This document shows, one piece after another, positions 40,362 to 53,200 of a DNA stretch of 64,000 bases (position 1 is the stretch's first letter; each line of letters opens with the position of its first letter). The DNA is from Fimbriosthenelais zetlandica. Taxonomy: Eukaryota. A program made the position numbers and the translations under genes. The stretch lies in NCBI GenBank assembly GCA_977030845.1, contig OZ365114.1:21886001-21950000 (forward strand), written 5' to 3'. Below the pieces are notes generated by a model that was not told the origin of the DNA, made no database searches, and worked only from the letters and a program-made list of their open reading frames with translations.

Positions 40362-41389
40362 AAGGACAATTTGACCCTACTATAATAACTCTGAGAGACT
40401 CATGCTTCCGCCCACCTGTTACTTTCTCCAACCAATGCTTAAAGGCGGCTTTAAGAATAGCCTAACGAAGTGTGTTATGTCCAAACTTGCCAAGGTGTCA
40501 TTTACACCCGGGGCAAATGTATCAATTAGACTCATAACACGGACAAGTTTTGATAAGTGTACCATTATATCTAATAGATTGTTACCTATCCATATTTCAA
40601 CAGACTTTTCTCATTCCACACATGCATCCTATTACTCTGGAACTCAACAATCTGGCAACTTCAGGATTGTTACAAGTTTTCTAGTGGGATTATAACATGA
40701 GAATAATGTCATCAATGAAGTTTCTTGTCATGTGGGTTGTCATTGGTCCATGTCACATTTGCTGGTCAATGTTCCATAAAACGCACCATGCATGGTATTA
40801 TAGAGGCTGGCTGGATCAGCACACATAAAGACTACTCTATGAGGAGGAGGGTGGCAGGGAGGGAGCACACGTGATGGGCAATGATAATCTAATCAAGGCT
40901 GAAAAAGGCTGAGATGATAAATACGTTGAGCTGTGCTAATGTTGGACTGATGTCTCCATGATGGCCGCCACTGATGGCCTCAGGGTGCTGCATTTCACCC
41001 ATTACAGGTGGTCATCAAACTGAAGGTTTCTTATCTAGGCAGTCAAAGTACCATCTAAAGCCTGCATTGGGTGTTAAGTCAGATATATCAATGTAGGGCC
41101 GGGTGGGGTGGGGCAGTGGTTGTTGGTGGGGAGGGGCCTAGTACCATAGAACCCGCCCCTAAGTGGGTTGTGGGTTAAAGAATTAAAGAACGTAACATAT
41201 TAGATGGTTAGTTGGAGTAGGGGGAGCCTATTACTTAGCAGCCCCACCCCCTATAAAGTAAAATTAGGGGAGGTTGGGGTGCATGGAACTGAGAGGGAGT
41301 CAGGCGGCCTATAGATTGAGATGAGGGGGTGGGGTAGAGGTTGAGGACCCCCTTTGAAGGTCCATAATATAATAGGGTTGTGTTGGGTT

Positions 41390-41433
41390 GGGGTTGAGGG
41401 GGCGGACATTGATGGGGTTGAGGGGGCGGACAT
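41390..41433 (+). repeat. Tandem duplication of GGGGTTGAGGGGGCGGACAT (2 copies, 24-nt period)
   Basis: Identical 20-mers at 41390-41409 and 41414-41433. Confidence 0.85.
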
Positions 41434-43355
41434 AGCCAGAGGTACTTGCTATAAAAACACCTTTTACCAGACAAGAAATTGGAACAACCAGATTGCAGAA
41501 GGAGATTTCTAAAACCAATACGACTCCATTCAAAGTTGCAACTGCAGCTTAATTTTGTGTCCGTAATAAATATGGAGCTTTTACCGGGACTAATACAATT
41601 AACACTCATAATCGTCCTCGGCATTTGAATTTGGCCCTCATGAAATATTAACATTATAGAAGGCAAGGAAAGTTACATTTCATCAGCGCCTTGCGGAATT
41701 TGTTTTCAGAGGGAATAAATCAGCACCGGAATTCAAAACTGGTGCTGCAGGCTTTTATTATGAGGCATGGTTACAGGGATAATGTGATTATAGGTAGTAG
41801 GATCACATTAAGACGGTCTGAGATACCGGCCTCGCCTAATTTAAGTCTGAGGTTTTGGTGGGGGACAAATTCTCTTGGTATCTGACTGTGAATATTATTT
41901 CTAGGCAGGTTCTCTCTCGAGTGGGAATAAAGGGGGCGCTCTTGTGGCCAGCGTCTGTAGTCTAACAAATACACTTCTTCTTAATGCATTTGACAAAATG
42001 GCTTCTATATAACAAGACTCGAGGATGCATAAACCATACATCATAGGGATAAACCGAGATTTTATCAAGGGATTCTGCTGAGATTTATAGTGACACAGCC
42101 AGAAAGGAAAATCAGTTAAGTAACAGGGGATGAATTAGGAAGGTCTATAAGTTATTTCCTCTAGCAGATGGCGTGATAGTATGCCATGTGAGGATATTGC
42201 TGTGAGCATCTTCTGGTCGCCATGACAATGTCATCTCATCTCATCTCTATAAATCAATTCACCAATCAATACATCTAGCACCCAGTACAGTGACTGTAGT
42301 GAACCCTGGACGACCAAGTGCACTTCACCTTCCTCCATGTGCTCACTGAGAGGCTGTGCTGGTAGCAGGCTTTTCTCCGGGGTTTAACCAGCCATGCTCC
42401 CCCATCTCTATCATCTCTGAGGCTATCTATAGGCTCACATGAATATTGTGGTGATAAAATGCCGTCCATCAGCTAAAATACCAAATATCCTGACCAATTT
42501 TCTGTGTTATGAACTGACTTTCCCCATACCATGTTTCATTTAGTAGGCCATTCACTTTCACCTACATTCACCTAAAAATAAGCAAGGTAAATGGTATATT
42601 TCCAGGGAGTAAAACCAAACAGAATTTGTCTGGTAGATCTACTATGATAACAGTTTGGAAATAGGAGTTAAGTCATCAAAAATCATGCTTGGAATGTAGT
42701 AGTTCATGATGCTTCACTTCCCTGGTTTATATAAATAATCTCCAGAATTGAGAGTAGAAGAATGGCCAAGCATAAAGTAAAGGCAGGCAGGTAGGGTCTT
42801 GCACCCATTCTATCAGTGAGCCAGAATCAGTGTTTGATTTGGCAGATTCTAGGCCCTGGTCCAGAAACAGGGAATTTAAATCTCTTAACAGTGTTTGCCT
42901 TCTGCCTCCTGTGTAATGGGAGAGGAACTACAACAACGTAGTAAATCCCAGCCTCCGTGTCCTAGACCGAGTTCAGCTGATAAAACCAGACTCAGGGCAA
43001 GATCATGTTTTGACTTTCAAGTTTGGCAAATGTAATGTATAAAATTGAAATATGAAGAATAATTTATTTGTTATTTGTTCCTACTAATTTATTTTTTATA
43101 TATTTACCAGTCATTTACTAATCTATTGTTGCATGTATCAACATTTATTTCCTGTTTAAAAAGGTAAGAAAATAAAGTTTGTTTCATACCAGTTTGAAGA
43201 TAACACTTTATAAGTTTATATTTTTCCCAGTATCTGTTTTAAATGAATAGTATACCTCAATACAGCGAGAAGATCAAAAATGGTGCTATGCACCAAGCTA
43301 TGCACCAAGGAGAGAAAACTGCAATCTACTACCTTATTTCTGGACAGAACAAAAA

Positions 43356-44177
43356 CAGTGTTGGCAAAAGCCCGGGTTTTATTGGTTTAGCACAGCCCAG
43401 TGGGCAAAACCCGGGTTTAACCAGGTAGAACCGGGTTTTACTGGGTTTTACTATGTTTTACCTGGGTACAACTGGGCAATATATAGGTCTCAGTAGTAGT
43501 GAGTCTGTACATGTGGCACATCTCCGTAAGCAAAACAACCACATGATTATTAATAATAACCATTTAGTGCTATAAATCTCTACATGCGAAATAATTATGT
43601 TTGTGTAGATCCATTTTTTGCCTTTGATTGCATCTTATCCATTTGGAAGCAGACGGTTTGAACGTCGTGGGTCAGAAATCAATTATCAAAGGAGGTGGGA
43701 CATTATGTCTAGCCTTGAGTTGGGTCTAGTTGGTTCACTAGCTAGTAGCTTGCTTAATAGGTGGGTGTTCAAGATTGGTGGGGAACGGAGAACAATAGGA
43801 GACACGAGATATAGCTTGTACCCCCTCCCACATACAATCCCTCTCCTTCTTGGGCCAACATTCGGACACTTCAAGTTTAGCGGCACATCCCGTCCACTTT
43901 CCGGGGGAGAGCCCGGTCCCCACCCCTGCTCCCACCCAACCCCCGGGAGGGGTTGGATTCTGTCCACACTTATTACCTTTTAGTAGCAGTCTTATGCCAT
44001 ATTATATGGAGTTATCTGATGCTGAATGTAGTTAGAAAGCCCAAAAAAAGTGCAATTAAGAATTGAGTTTTCCCCGGTTTTCCCCAGTTTTGCCCAATGG
44101 GGGGTTTTCCCCACCCGGTTTAAACCAGGGGTTTAACCCGAGATTAAACCGGAGGCGGACAAAACTTGCCAACACTG
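43356..44177. mobile_element. Non-autonomous hAT-type DNA transposon (MITE), 822 bp
   Basis: 12-bp terminal inverted repeats CAGTGTTGGCAA / TTGCCAACACTG. Perfect 8-bp target-site duplication AACAAAAA (43348-43355 and 44178-44185). Clustered subterminal AAACCCGG/CCGGGTTT motifs at both ends and no transposase ORF. Confidence 0.92.
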
Positions 44178-44302
44178 AACAAAAATGAAAGGCACCCGTT
44201 GGCAGAGATAAGAGGCTTATCACGTCTAGGACTAGATCTTCACTGAATCATGGCAGTGTCATCATGTCGGGTATTCTAGCATGAGAAACATCCGTGCTTT
44301 AC

Positions 44303-44385
44303 CTTGCTCCAGGCTCTACCCCATCATTCCCATCTAGATATCTAGATCTCCACAACTCACCTGAAAAGAAACAGAAATCCTCAAT
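44303..44385 (-). other. Candidate recursive splice site with 58-nt RS-exon
   Basis: Minus strand ggatttctgtttcttttcag|GTGAGT at 44361/44360, with a second donor AAG|gtaaag after 44303. Confidence 0.65.
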
Positions 44386-44972
44386 AAATATGTGTGATAA
44401 AAGATAATAAATGTTGGATATTTAAATGTTGGATATTAATATTCACATATTCATTCACACACAAAGCCCATATTTTGTTAAATGAGATTCCATAAATACT
44501 GGCCTGGAAATGTTAAATTTAATCTAATCGGAAGCCTAAGGTGGCGAGTATTTTTTCTCTCATTCTTGCCTGGGGGAGAGTAATTATTCATGGAGGCGGT
44601 ACCCCTCGCCAATCAATGTTGGCGTAGAGGAATGTGCTGAATTTGCAGCAGCTTCTTCATGAGACCATGCAATTAGATGCTCTATCACCCTGAAAATAAA
44701 TATTCCCCATTTGAAGATTCTTAATTTATATGCAATACATTCGGCAGAAGAACACGTGAAAAAATCGAGATTAATTATAGGTATTTCATATGTAAATCTA
44801 TTTACAAGTATACAAGAAAAGTTCCCTTTAAAAAAACACCAATGTATATTATTTCTATCGAACTTGATATTAATTACCACAAAACTCGTTTTATTTTGCT
44901 TCTGCATTATATATAATTAATTGACCATTGGGGATGAACAACTCGGGCAGTAATGCTATAAGAATATTGCTT

Positions 44973-44986
44973 GTATCCATGGTAAC
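44973..44986. promoter_or_regulatory. RFX X-box GTATCCATGGTAAC
   Basis: Exact match to the X-box consensus. Confidence 0.5.
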
Positions 44987-45892
44987 TGGATCCCATGTGT
45001 GTACATGTACAGCGTTTACATAATGAATAACTTGCGATGGGCAAAAACACCTCCCTCCACTAATGTGGAAAGGCATTTTTTATTGTATGACACAAAATAT
45101 GAAAACCAAATATGGAACAGCGAGGTCCAAGGTCCCCCTCATTCAATTTTAAAGGCAACAAGAGATTTTAATTAAGTACTTCTTGAGGAAAATCATTTTT
45201 GGCATTTGGTTTCTAGTGGACCACAGAGGATGCATTTTTCTTTAATTCATTTGCAATTTAATGAATGTCACAGAAGCTTAGACTTCAAGGTAAGGCATTC
45301 ATATAATTATGATTATGTCATGAATTATTCCAATAAATTTAAGACCACAGATCACTAAACTTGTTGTTCTCTACCAGTTGTTGTCATCTACATCTCTTAC
45401 TCCAAAGCCTGGATACAAAAAGGTGGAATACAGAACAAAGGCACCTAGTGTAGTTCATCTACTTGTGTAAATTCTCAGGTGGGAACTGTCACTTGTATGT
45501 AGAGTTAATCTTGGTGGAGGGAGGTAAGAGTAGGTGTGAGGTCAAGAGGAGAGCTCTCACAGACATGACCCACATCAACTAGCTAGAATTCCACACCCGA
45601 AACAAAAATATATTTGAAATATTATTGGCAAGGTTATGGTGCCTCTTGTGTACAGTGGGTAAGGGCTTGGGATTGCACCTCCGATAGTGCTAGAGTTAAC
45701 AAAATATTCAATTGATTCCTCGCCCAAATTGAGTAATTCAGGGGAGTCAAAGGAATTTTAAAGAAATTATATTTAGAAGACACAGATTTCTCCAAATCCA
45801 TAAGGCAACTAGATGGAGGATTGGAAGCAGTCTTATATAAAGCATCAACATATTGTCCACCATGTTCCCCTCCTCATAACAATCCAGAGAAC

Positions 45893-45931
45893 ACTACTGG
45901 AGTCGAGCAGGAACTACTGGAGTCGAGCAGG
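45893..45931 (+). repeat. Tandem duplication of ACTACTGGAGTCGAGCAGG (2 copies, 20-nt period)
   Basis: Identical 19-mers at 45893-45911 and 45913-45931. Confidence 0.85.
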
Positions 45932-48900
45932 TACCTGATTGATCAGATCTGGAGATCTATTGAGGGGGATTCTTATTTATTCTAGATGTGGTTCTCTCTT
46001 CATTTCAAAGGCAATCATAAGTGCAGGCAAACAATTGCACAGCAGTTTTGTCAACTTGATTGAGTGGGACAAGGAGTGGAAAAGATGAATCTTTCTATTC
46101 CATATAAAACCCTTATAATTGTAGGATCATATATATGTAGTCATAGGTAGCACACATAATACAGATTTTCAACTGACTGCATATCAAAAATTGCAACCGA
46201 AAATTTTTGACATAGTCCAAGCAGAATGTAAACAGTTCAATTGACAGAACTTTACACAAATTAGGAAAATAAATATAGTGCTTCAATGTCTGTGGCGAGG
46301 AGTTCTGAACCATATTTGGTCATAAAAACATTCTTCTCGTCACTGCGCCTCAGGGAGGCAGACTCTGTCAGATGTGATAGAATTAGCTCTGGTCCATGAG
46401 ATGAAGAACTTTTAATCTCAAGGAAACTGACTCTAATTAAAAGACTCGGGGAAGAGTCATTGATAATTCCAGGCCCCACAAACTTCCCTGGCCGAAGTTT
46501 GTAGTATTGATTTTATAGCCAACCCGTTGCTATCAGTTTAAAAACTGTATGTATCGTTTTTCATTATTCGGTCATTCTTAGCCGATATAAATATCAAATG
46601 GCTAAGCCCAGGTAAGCCAACAATTGAGTGGGATATGGCATGTATACAGTATAGCATATTCTAATTATAGCATTGTAAACACTAATCAGTGTCTTATACC
46701 AGGGTCTGAATAAGCAAGCTTGCACATTAGCACTAGGATAGATCCTGATACCAATACACAAGACGCATTGAGGTGATGGGCCTGACAGAATGCCAATAAC
46801 AAGCTAGCATTTCAATCGATGACAAATCAATAGCTAATGGGAGTGACCAGCTGTGTCCTCCCACGCCAGTATTATACACTAATTTGCAACACGAGAAAGT
46901 CCCACTCATACTTTACACAGTTACACAATACATTTAATTCCACAAAGACACTGGCATTGTCCCCAGTGTATGTAGACATGATGAGAGGGTCGGTCATTAT
47001 ATAGACGCAGCTAGATGTTTTAATATGGCTGAGCCATGACAAAGCTGAGAGTCAATAATGGGAAATCAATAATGACTGGCATTAATGAGGGATAGGATGG
47101 TGGTGGGAAGTGGTGTTAATTCTCTGCCTAATGATTATGGTATGCATTTTTAAACATATAGTCCTGATAAATTGTATGTGCCCTTTAAAATTATAATTGA
47201 GTCCATGTGAGCAGACCTTAATCAGGCAAATAGTCATGGTTTAATTTGTTTTACTCTTTACATTATGAACCATAAATATGCGGAAATGTGTTTGAAAATA
47301 ACAACTGTGACCAGTAAATCTCTGAGAAAACTTTTCTCAAAAATAATCTACTGAACTGGTCTAATCTTTCTCGGTTTTCTCATCTTGCTCTCTCCTTGAC
47401 CTCTCACTTGTTCTAAGATTGCCTAGCTCTCTTTGGCGTTTAGGCTGCCTCTGGCCTTGGCGGCTCAATATTTCTCATTTGCTAAATCTTTGTCAGAGAC
47501 CCCGGAAAGTGCTTATTTTGAGCGGAATATTTCTACGTATAAAGGACTTAAAATGTTATTATTCAAGCGTCCATTTATTTGGGGACAAAAATAGTTGACA
47601 CAGAAATCTTTGAATAATTGTTGATGGGATGGATTCGATCAGCCAAACCAATGTCTGTCAAAGCAAACAGACAGGACAGTGAAGTTGTCAGTTGGTGGGA
47701 ATTGTGAGGTTAGGAAGTGGGATCACAGTGATGGAGATGTGATTAGTGTGTGGGGTAGATATTGATTTAAATACTGATGGTCAGGATTCAGGCCATGGAT
47801 GATCTGTTCCTGGGTGGTATCGATCAAACTGCCATTAAAAATGATGCACAGCTATAAATAGCTGAGAAGTTGGCAGCGGGTCCCTCCTCCAGGGTGTCAG
47901 GGCAGATAAATGTGTTGCCAGCCTGCCTTCAGATATGGCTTAGTGTGACTCTCACACTGCGCGTACAATTATTGATGTGTACATTGCTAGTGTGGAGAAG
48001 TATGGGCAACGCAAAATATATCCCCCCTTTGTATCACAATGCAACCACATGATAAAGATTGCGAAAATATTTTTTCATCATTTTTCAGGGAACCTGATAG
48101 AGTCGACCTTTATCCGACCAACAAGTGGTGAACCTCTGATATTTGGGAGGAATGAAATGAGGGAAGCGCACAGCGGTAGGCCTAAGGGATCTAGACATAT
48201 GTAAGGCATATTTCATGCTATGCCCATCTGATATGTCAGAGCCAACCCTGCATTTATTCTGCTAAACATGTAATGTCAATATGATTAACAGTCGTTCAAC
48301 CTACAGTCTAAACCAAACCACTTATAACTGTCTATATTTTATCGTTCTTATTCATATTCAGTGCATTGTAAAATTGCCAAAATTATATATTAGATTTGGA
48401 AAGGGACTATATTATCTATAATCATCCGATTTAAGTCAGGACCAATTCATGAAAGAATGAGGAACAGAATCATGATAGTTAATGCTTAGATCCTCATGTT
48501 AAGGATGGGCTAGGCAGCTTAAGAACAAGCACATCCCTGGTCTTCCCAGTGTCCAAGCCCACACCAGAAGCTGAGTGAATGAGGAGAGCAAATGAACAGG
48601 CCATAAAATCCCAATAGTAAACAGGTGGGAGCGGTGGTGGTGGGCAGCAGTACCTCAAGGTGTCCCCCTTCACTCTCTCCCTGATTCCCTGCCCACCATC
48701 CTTCCACTCCATCTCACCCAGTGATTACAAATTATTCCCTGGTTTAAATGCACCTCTGGGGCAGGAACCCTGCCTCCCTCTACCTCTAACACTTTCAACT
48801 GAGACAGAGTCCACATTTAAAGATGGCCATCGACCTTCTTCCAGGAATTCTGGGAATTTAATTATTCCCAGTTTGTGTGGAGGCTTTCCTCAATGCCAAG

Positions 48901-50159
48901 AGGAGGTGGTGACCTTATTTAAACGAAATAATTTGATAATATCCTGTAAAACCACATTATTTCAAGAATAGCAGGTCCTTGAGAAAACCCCATGCACCCG
49001 AACCCCCGCTCCAGAATTGATTCCAAGTAACGCCAAATAAATATCACTAATATTGGTACTAAAACTAAATGTTGCCTGCTCTGGTCTGTACGGTGGAAAA
49101 GAGATAGGAAATACTGGCTTGCTGAGGGCGGTGACTGTGTGAGTGGGAGGTGAGGAGGAGGAGTCCAATCTGAGGGTAAAATTAAGGTGGGTAATCGTAA
49201 TAAGATCAGCCTAGTGGGCAGAGGCAGGGCGGTTGATGAAGACCCGGGTTCAGGCAGGAGGTAAAGAGGTTATCAACCATCTTGGACCCATCTACACTTC
49301 ACACAACCTGCGTGTATTGCCTCCTAACTGGCCTTGCATGTTCCCTACTAAACCTTATAAGCAATCTAACGTTTGCAGGCCTAACCTGTAAAAGCAATCT
49401 ATTTTAGGGCTGATAAGTGATTAACATCAAAACGCATTGAATATTAGAGTTGGAGTGAAGCATTAACTATTGCCTATCAAACAGTTCTATGTTAGTTTGA
49501 GAGAACAAAACAAAATTCACGAAAAGGCGTGTAAAGACATTAAAGTTTAGGATTAATTTTTTGGATGGAACTACCGGTACTGAATAGTCTAACCACAGGT
49601 CAGATTTCTACCTCAGGTGGCTAGGGCTTAATCCAGATGGGAATTCATTATGAAACTCTACTTAGCTTCGCGGATTCAAATGGACGCTGAAACGATGTGA
49701 GGAGTGTTCATCTACTGCTTGATTGACGACCACAATCCATGAAGCTCGAGCCTCAGTTATGAAACAAATGTTCAAGTCACTTTCAGTATACTCCAAAGGC
49801 CTGACACCAGCAGACTGTCACTGTTATGACATTGCCTTTCCAGCGTTGGACGATGTGACAGAAAATCCAGCTTGACACTAACAATAATTCCTCTTTTCAG
49901 ATACTCAGTCCTACGAGTAGTAAAATAGTTTGCATCTGTGACAAATTTGTGTTTCCAACAGTATTTCTGCCTCATCTTTGGGGAGGAAATCCACCGCAGT
50001 GTGTTCAGTTCAGGCAAATGGCGTCGTTTGTTTAGCCACGAGGTCTGGCAGACTGCAGGCACGAGGAAACTGCAGAAATACTTCAGTTACAACCACCAAA
50101 ATGGTACATTTGTGTTCTGGAAACGTTAGTCTTTCGCTTGATCATAAAAATGAATTTTG

Positions 50160-50275
50160 ACACACCGGAAATATGGTGAGAGAAGCATAAAACCAGCATA
50201 CCTGATACTCCACGCTTCTGAAGAATACTACTTCCGCTCAGCTGTTAAAACCGGAAGCGGTGCATGATGGGTAAA
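50160..50275. promoter_or_regulatory. Housekeeping-type promoter module (ETS/GABP plus ZNF143/Staf-like)
   Basis: ACCGGAAAT at 50164, ACTTCCGC at 50230, ACCGGAAG at 50250 and TGCATGATGGGTA at 50261 (reverse TACCCATCATGCA). CpG-rich 49650-50500. Minus-strand donor CAG|gtatgc at 50201/50200. Confidence 0.5.
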
Positions 50276-53200
50276 CCGGGATGGCAAAATGCGGTCATTT
50301 TTTTGTAAAACGGACATTTACTGATGTAAATCCGTGACAAACCTGTCTTATATACATGCAGATGAAATAATATTGAAGAATTGTATGGAAAAAGCCATTT
50401 TTTCTATTGGGACGGACGGTTGGCCACACTTAGTTTCGGCGTCTGCCACATGGGGGCAGGAGCTAGGGGTTCTCTGAATGGTGGCGCTCAATGAGCCGCC
50501 ACTCACACTTGTCTTTCCCCAATTCTGACAGATTAAAACATATTTCTGTCCGTCAATATCAGAATATCAATTATTCTTTGAGAGAATTAAGTGATAGGCC
50601 TAACTAATACAGTATAGGCCTATATTTAACATAGTCGGCCTGAGACCTTAATTAAATTAGTTCTCAAAGGAACTAGGTTGCCAGGCCTATAGCGCCTAGC
50701 CCATAGGTAACGAAGGTCTGATTATTGTTTTTAATACAGGCCTCCAAATAGGCCCCTAATATTAATTATTTAATAAAATTCATTTAATAAATACTTTTGC
50801 CCAGGCCCTACAAATAATTTTGCCTTAAATAATAGGAAGAGGCTCGATTCAATTCCTTTGAAAAGCTAGAAACAACAGAAGGCTTTAAAAGCTGACAATT
50901 TAAGCAGCCCTCTCATGTTACATTTCATGCCATATAAAAACATGTCACTCGTTGCATGCACGAGGTTGTCAAGGCAGAGTGAGGTCTTCCGGTACATCCA
51001 GGCCCACAATTCCCACGAGGGGTAGAGAGTTGGTGTGATGCATTATGGTTGACACATGATTATCAAAGCAGGTATTGGTGGCGAGAAAAGGGAGGAAAGG
51101 GAGGAAAAAGTCCATCAGAATCGGGCAATATGGCTCAGGGGAAAGGTCTGTGTGAACAAGCAGAAGTCATGTCAAGCTGCATGGATAATTCAAATATTGA
51201 TACAAAGACATGTGATGTCTCCGACATCAAAGACATCTAGGAGGAGTATCTCTAAGCTCTGTGGGGTGCGACGTGTGTGAATTAGGGATATAGACTTGCA
51301 GAGTATTTTATCATTCATTTATTTTATATATAGGATATGCATAGGCCTAATTATTTAATTCATTTCATATTATTTTAGAACTAGATATCGATCCTTAGAT
51401 GAAATCAACTAGCCTATATAACTGTAAAATGTATATAAGCACTAATGAGAGCGCTCTATCTATTTAAAGCCATAAAGTTCATTACTGTAGCCAGACATAG
51501 TCCTACCTGCAGCCAGCCATTCATGGACTGGGCTTATACATCGAGTGAACATCCAAGACTGGTAGAAACCCATTCTAGTGAAAATGGTTTGGTAGAATTT
51601 AAACATGCAATAAAATGATCCAGGTTGGCATTGGTAACAAAGGTTTCTATACGGCCCAGTGTAAACTGAACTAGAATCCAGTATTTGGTTACAGGGGATC
51701 CCAGACTAACATATGAGGCCCTGTGATGATGACATCCAATAGGACAATTAACTCACTGCCTCTGTAGTGATAACACATGGCCTCAAAGGAAAAATATCCC
51801 AAGTTACGACCCATGAGACGCTTATATGTCCCCTAAAACAAAAGTTGACCTGGAGCATCCAAAGCTATGAGCCCTTGCTTCATAGGAGGGTTCCTTCTAT
51901 TTAATCAGACCTACAGACTGAAAATAGATGGTGAGAAGGGCATCACCAAACACATGTTACTGTTGTGTGGGTGGAGAACGCCACCTATAATATTTCTTTT
52001 AGACCCTCAGACGTCATTAATAATATTTTCTTAAGAGTCACACTGTTTCTACAGTTACACCTTTTCATTGTATACAGTCACCTCCGGCACAATTTGTATG
52101 AGTCTGGTAAGGGAGAAGGCTGAGAATCAATAGGCCATGTTATCCTTCCTCCTGTGACTCAAATATAAGTTCGTAACCAGGCCATGTACATGCACCATCG
52201 ATTTCTGCTATGTTTAGCTTCACAGGGAGTTCTTAAGGCGCCTACACACACTCGGCATAGTGAACACTGACCCACTGACATATTCAATGTTAGATTTCCC
52301 ATCTGTTGTATGTTAAAACTTGAACAATGGAAAATTGCCAACATAGGTTTCTCATAATAATCGGAGGGAAATATGAATCAAAGATTGAACCAAACGCAAC
52401 ACAAGTACATGGTTATCTGTATGGAATGGCCGTATTAAAGCAGGCGGGAGCCAAGTCGGTCTGCGGCAGACTGCAGTGCTGCATGACCAATGGTAATCTG
52501 TGGATGAGGGGAGAGAGGGAGAGATGTGGCTCCAGCATGTCGGGCACACATGCTGCTGACATTGCTAAATTCCAGGCCGAGATGAAACCCACCGATAAAC
52601 TCATTAAGGGTTGTGTATATAAATAGGATCCTTTCAATAAAACAATGCACCGGAATCAATTCCGCAGAGCATGTATCAACAGAGTGAACGAACAATATTT
52701 CTTATATAAGAAACATCTTCAAAAAGGATAATTTTACTGAAATTTCATGCGCCAGTAGGCCCTATCTCAAAATATCAAGAACTTTGGAGCAACTGAAAAG
52801 TTGAAATAGTGCAGCGACAACATGATGTGTACTCCCACTAACATATTTGTGCCATGGAATAAAGACTGTGTTTTATTACCTCAGATCATGTAGCACTTTT
52901 TGAGAGAGTTGGAGCTCATCATGGGGTCATAATAATATGTGCTTCAATGGATGTTTTTGCACCAGGGTGACCCTCTCGCGTGTTACACAAGAGTAGGTCC
53001 AGGTATTTGTGTTAGGCGGGGAGAGATGCCAAGACACGCCAAAACACTTCATAACCATTTTCATTCAACGATCAATCACATGGACTTCATAATACTTCCC
53101 TCCTCAACGGAAAAATATGTGACAAAACATATTCTTTTGGAAGCAAATTATCTGAACCAAAATAACATTTCTGCTTAGATATCATTATTTGTAAAAAGGT

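Noticed and set aside
44570-44700. Minus-strand acceptor tttattttcag|GGTGAT at 44689 (end of ORF 44584-44907)
   Set aside because: No convincing canonical donor and no homology; does not fit the KIF13 frame.
49620-50260. Search for KIF13 exons 1-2 (KVAVRVRP, KCVVDM) at the 50-kb promoter-like region
   Set aside because: All minus-strand frames here lack these motifs, and I did not find them elsewhere in 37372-64000. The true 5' end is presumed to lie beyond the window.
50507-50524. 18-nt microexon candidate AATTGGGGAAAGACAAGT on the minus strand
   Set aside because: Good donor but short, weak pyrimidine tract with a nearby upstream AG. Chance level in a >26-kb intron.
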